A stretch of DNA of 64,000 nt from an uncultured bacterium (GTDB lineage Bacteria; Planctomycetota; UBA1135; GCA-002686595), in assembly GCA_943787795.1 (NCBI GenBank), contig CALSNU010000003.1, positions 491,708-555,707 of the forward strand. Direction: 5' to 3'. A program made the position numbers and the translations under genes. Positions within the stretch are counted from its first letter, which is position 1, and each line of letters opens with the position of its first letter. The notes under the pieces are model-generated. The model searched no databases and was not told the origin of the DNA. It saw only the letters and a list, made by a program, of their open reading frames with translations. Shown here in pieces: positions 60,584-64,000 of the stretch.

Positions 60584-61849
60584 ATGTCGGACCCCAAGGA
60601 TCAAGGCGATGTGGAGGGAGCGCGTCTCTCCCTCGGCGCGCTGTTCATCGCGTTCCTGAAGATTGGCTGTGTGGCCTTCGGCGGCTTCATGTCGCTGGTC
60701 GCCGTCATCGAGTCGGTCTTCGTCGAGCGGCGCAAGCTCCTGAGGCACGAGGAGATGCTCGACGGCATCTCACTGGGCAACCTGCTCCCTGGTCCGCTGG
60801 CCGTGAACGTCGTGGCCTACGTGGGGTTTCGCCTCCGCGGGCTGCCGGGTGCGGTCGTCTCCGCCGCAGGGGTGATCCTGCCGGCGTTCGTGCTGATGGT
60901 CGGGCTGACCCATGTGTATTTCCAGTACGGCGACGTGCCGGCCCTGGGAGCGGTCTTCGCCGGGGTCACGCCGGCGGTCGCCGCGATCATCGCCGCGGTT
61001 GTCCACCGGATGGCGAAGAAGGCCCTGGTGGGCCGGGTGGAGTGGACCCTCGCCCTCGTGGCCGCGGGGCTGCTGCTGTTCGCACCACGGGAGCTGAAGC
61101 TGTTCCTGACCTTCGGCGTGGTCGGCGGGTACGGGCTGCTCGGTCAACTCCTGTTCCGTGGGCACTTCAAGGACCTGCCGAGCGCGCCCCTGAAGGCCCA
61201 CGGCTCCCCGCTTCCCCTCGTGCTCACGGTGCTCGCGCTTGCTGCGCTGCCGGTGCTGTCGGTCCTCCCCCTGGACATCGCGGAGGACGGACTGCTCCGC
61301 CTGGGCCTGACCTTCGGGGGGCTCGGCGTGATGCTGTTCGGTGGGGGGTACGTGATGATCCCCATGATCCAGGACGTGGTCGTGCTCCAGCAGTCCTGGA
61401 TGACCGAGCAGCAGTTCATCGACGGCATCGCCCTGGGTCAGGTCACCCCGGGCCCGATCCTCATCAGCGCCACCTTCATCGGCCAGCACGTGGCCGGCCT
61501 GGCCGGGGCGGCCGTGTCCACCTTCGCGATCTTCGCCCCGCCGGCGCTGCTGATGGTGACGGCGGCCTCCGCGCTGGATCGACTGAAGGGCTCCGTCGGA
61601 ATTCAGGCCGCCATGCGAGCCATCCGCTGCGGCGTCATCGGTCTGATCTTCACGGCGGCCTGGGTCATCCTCGAGGCCGCCATCGTGGCCCAGGGCGGCG
61701 ACGCCGGGGGGCTGGGGGTGACCGCCGTGATCTTCGCCGCGTCGCTGGTCGCGCTGGTGCGCTTCAAGGTGGACGTGCTCGCGGTCATCCCTGCGGCCGG
61801 CGCGCTCGGCTTCCTCGCGGGCGCCGCAGGGCTCCTCGGCGCGGGCTGA
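60584..61849 (+). CDS. chrA: Chromate ion transporter (long-chain CHR family)
   Basis: AGGAG RBS; FLKIGCVAFGG...LPGP and FGGGY...GQVTPGP duplicated halves. Confidence 0.92.
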   Translation: MSDPKDQGDVEGARLSLGALFIAFLKIGCVAFGGFMSLVAVIESVFVERRKLLRHEEMLDGISLGNLLPGPLAVNVVAYVGFRLRGLPGAVVSAAGVILPAFVLMVGLTHVYFQYGDVPALGAVFAGVTPAVAAIIAAVVHRMAKKALVGRVEWTLALVAAGLLLFAPRELKLFLTFGVVGGYGLLGQLLFRGHFKDLPSAPLKAHGSPLPLVLTVLALAALPVLSVLPLDIAEDGLLRLGLTFGGLGVMLFGGGYVMIPMIQDVVVLQQSWMTEQQFIDGIALGQVTPGPILISATFIGQHVAGLAGAAVSTFAIFAPPALLMVTAASALDRLKGSVGIQAAMRAIRCGVIGLIFTAAWVILEAAIVAQGGDAGGLGVTAVIFAASLVALVRFKVDVLAVIPAAGALGFLAGAAGLLGAG

Positions 61850-61880
61850 GGGGCGCAAGGGCCTCAGGGGGTTCTGCGGA

Positions 61881-62966
61881 TCAGCGCCCTCCGGTGGGGT
61901 CCCCGCCGCGCAGGAAGACCCCGCCTGCCAGGGGGTCGTGGGGCTCGATGAGCAGCTCATTGATCCCCGTGATGTAGGCCCTCCCGGTGACCTCCGGCAC
62001 GATGGCCTCGAGGTCTCCGACGCGGGTCTCGCGGGCCGCTCGGACCGAGAAGCGCGTCCCGATCAGGCTCTCGATGACCAGGGGCTCCCCGACGTTGAGC
62101 CGGCCGCGGGCGTGTTCGATGGCGGCCCGGCCGCTCACTCCGGTCCCCGTGGGAGAGCGGTCGACCTCCCCGTTCGCGAAGATGCACACGTTCCGCAGGT
62201 GGGCGCCGCCGTCCGCGGGCTGGGTGAAGATCACGCCGTAGAGGAAGTTGAGGTCCTCGTCTCCGTCGGGGTGGGCGAAGGCGTGGGCCGCCATGATCGC
62301 CCGCTTGATGTCCATGCCCACGGCGATGAGCCGGCCCACCTGGGAGGGGTCCACCCGCAGGCCAACGGACCCCGCGTCCACATAGGCATAGAACGCGCCG
62401 CCGTAGGCCAGGTCGTAGGTCACCGGGCCCAGGCCCGGGACGTCGATGGAGCAGGCTCCCGCAAGGAGGAAGGAGGGGACGTTCTCGAAGGAAACGTCGC
62501 CGACCCCCTCCACCGTCATGGCCGGGCGGGCGGTGATGCGGCCGGCTGGGGAGTCGATGCGGAGGACCTCCTGGCCGGGGTGGAGCTGGAGAAGCCCGCA
62601 GTCGAGCCCCACCTTCACGAGGCCGATGATCCCGTGCCCGCACATGGTGCTGTAGCCCTCGTTGTGGAGGAACAGCACGCCCACGTCCCCGTCTTCGGTG
62701 ACCGGCCGGGTCAGGACACAGCCGTACATGTCGGCGTGCCCGCGCGGCTCGAACATGAGGGCACGGCGCACGGCGTCGTGGCGTTCCTTGGCGTCCCGGC
62801 GCATCTCCAGGATCGTGGAGCCCTCGAGCTCCGGGTAGTCCCCGGTGATGACCCGCAGGGGCTCCCCGGCGGTGTGTGCGTCGATCACGCGGAAGCGGGT
62901 CCAGCCTGCGGGCGGGCGCCATTCAATGGGCGCTGGGCAGCTGGCCTCCGGTGTGCTGGCGCTCAT
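61881..62966 (-). CDS. Proline racemase-family enzyme, Cys/Thr type (trans-3-hydroxy-L-proline dehydratase-like)
   Basis: DAHTAGEPLR, EPRGHADMYG, MCGHG and DRSPTGTG (Thr in place of the second Cys). Confidence 0.88.
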   Translation of the reverse strand: MSASTPEASCPAPIEWRPPAGWTRFRVIDAHTAGEPLRVITGDYPELEGSTILEMRRDAKERHDAVRRALMFEPRGHADMYGCVLTRPVTEDGDVGVLFLHNEGYSTMCGHGIIGLVKVGLDCGLLQLHPGQEVLRIDSPAGRITARPAMTVEGVGDVSFENVPSFLLAGACSIDVPGLGPVTYDLAYGGAFYAYVDAGSVGLRVDPSQVGRLIAVGMDIKRAIMAAHAFAHPDGDEDLNFLYGVIFTQPADGGAHLRNVCIFANGEVDRSPTGTGVSGRAAIEHARGRLNVGEPLVIESLIGTRFSVRAARETRVGDLEAIVPEVTGRAYITGINELLIEPHDPLAGGVFLRGGDPTGGR

Positions 62967-64000
62967 CGGAGGCTCGGCCTCGCCGGCTGAGTCCAGGCCA
63001 TCTCGTGGTCGCCCTCGAGGTAGGGCCGGGGGTGGAGCCTGGTCGAGGTGATCTGGGCGCGCACGTAGAGCTCGTCTCCGCTGAAGCGGTACTCGGCCTC
63101 GTTGCCGCTGAAGGCCATGAGCTCCTCGCCCACCGGCCCCGTGACGCCGTCGAGCTGGCGCGTGCCGATGAAGCGGATCCGGAAGCTGGCGTCGTCGTCT
63201 GCCTTGACCCGCAGGCGGTAGCGGTCCCCGGTGACCTCCAGCTCCTCCAGGACCACGCCGCTCGAGGCGTAGAAGTCCCCGCGATTCATGGCGTCGGTGA
63301 CGGCGTCGCGGTCGAGCGACCCCGCGCGGACCATGACCCAACCGCGCCCGGTGGGCGACGTGAGGTTTCCGTGGTAGTGGTGCGCGTCGTCGGTCGCGAC
63401 GCCATAGAGCAGCGAGGCGCCATCCGGTCCGCTGAGCCGCCGCGAGAGCGCGCGGTCCCAGATTTCTTCCGTGGACGGGTGCTCGGAGTCGCCGTGGTTG
63501 CGCGTCGATCGATGCCCGTTGTAGACCTCGAAGAAGCGCTCCTCCTTGACGGCCGCGACCTCCTCCCAGGTCACGCCCCACCCGAAGTTCGGGTGGTTGA
63601 GGTGCCCGAAGACGGGCCGTCCGGAGGCGGCCCCGGCCTCCTCGATGGAGCGCAAGGTGTCGCTCATGAGCTCCACAATCGAGGCGCGCTGGAGCGCGGG
63701 CAGGACCCCGTCGATATTCACCGCGTTGATGTGGACCGGTCGGCCCTCGAAGCTGGAGGTGACCTCCTCGCCGGGGAGGAGGAGGAAGCCGCCCGCGCCC
63801 CCTTCGGGCGCTCGCTCGACCTCGGCCTTGAGCTCGGTCAGGGTTCGCAGGCGCATCTCCCGGCCCCCCGCCTCGCCGCGCAGCTCCACCTTGTCCGCCC
63901 CGAAGCGGGTGATCAGCAGGTCCACCTCGGAGGGCTTGAGCCGTCCGACGCCGTCCTCTGCCACGGGGAACCAGCGCTCGTGGTCCTGGTAGATGTTGTG
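62963..64000 (-). CDS. PHP-fold metallohydrolase (histidinol-phosphatase/CehA-McbA-like), 5'-truncated by window edge
   Basis: Frame is open to the window end (HNIYQ...); PGEEVT, VHINA, HLNHPNF, EVYNGH, ATDDAH and GDFYASSG. Confidence 0.82.
   Translation of the reverse strand, partial: HNIYQDHERWFPVAEDGVGRLKPSEVDLLITRFGADKVELRGEAGGREMRLRTLTELKAEVERAPEGGAGGFLLLPGEEVTSSFEGRPVHINAVNIDGVLPALQRASIVELMSDTLRSIEEAGAASGRPVFGHLNHPNFGWGVTWEEVAAVKEERFFEVYNGHRSTRNHGDSEHPSTEEIWDRALSRRLSGPDGASLLYGVATDDAHHYHGNLTSPTGRGWVMVRAGSLDRDAVTDAMNRGDFYASSGVVLEELEVTGDRYRLRVKADDDASFRIRFIGTRQLDGVTGPVGEELMAFSGNEAEYRFSGDELYVRAQITSTRLHPRPYLEGDHEMAWTQPARPSLR

Overview
Very GC-rich bacterial DNA, most consistent with a Planctomycetota chromosome, probably an OM190/UBA1135-type lineage. 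The evidence is a DUF1552/DUF1588-type cytochrome pair, a PQQ-like beta-propeller, an ASPIC/UnbV protein, a carboxypeptidase-regulatory repeat protein and a recurrent Cys-containing C-terminal domain on secreted proteins. About 45 genes are supported. They cover housekeeping and metabolic functions (acnB, thrC, thrB, ygiQ-type radical SAM, DnaQ-like exonuclease, L,D-transpeptidase, chrA, a hydroxyproline dehydratase-type enzyme), many secreted hydrolases, a kinase-STAND-TPR protein and three apparent pseudogenes. There are also many short, mutually unrelated intergenic tandem repeats. No rRNA, tRNA, CRISPR array or transposase was recognised. Three observations stand out. (1) An intact cbb3-type CcoNO fusion plus CcoP in which four of the six metal-ligating histidines and the cross-linking tyrosine of CcoN are replaced, while the c-type heme motifs are kept, suggesting a repurposed pseudo-oxidase. 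(2) A shared ~140-aa C-terminal domain on two unrelated secreted enzymes plus an orphan remnant, a candidate lineage-specific sorting or anchoring signal. (3) A DUF3352-like protein fused to a C-terminal GspG pseudopilin head. All family calls come from motif recognition by eye, not from database searches.
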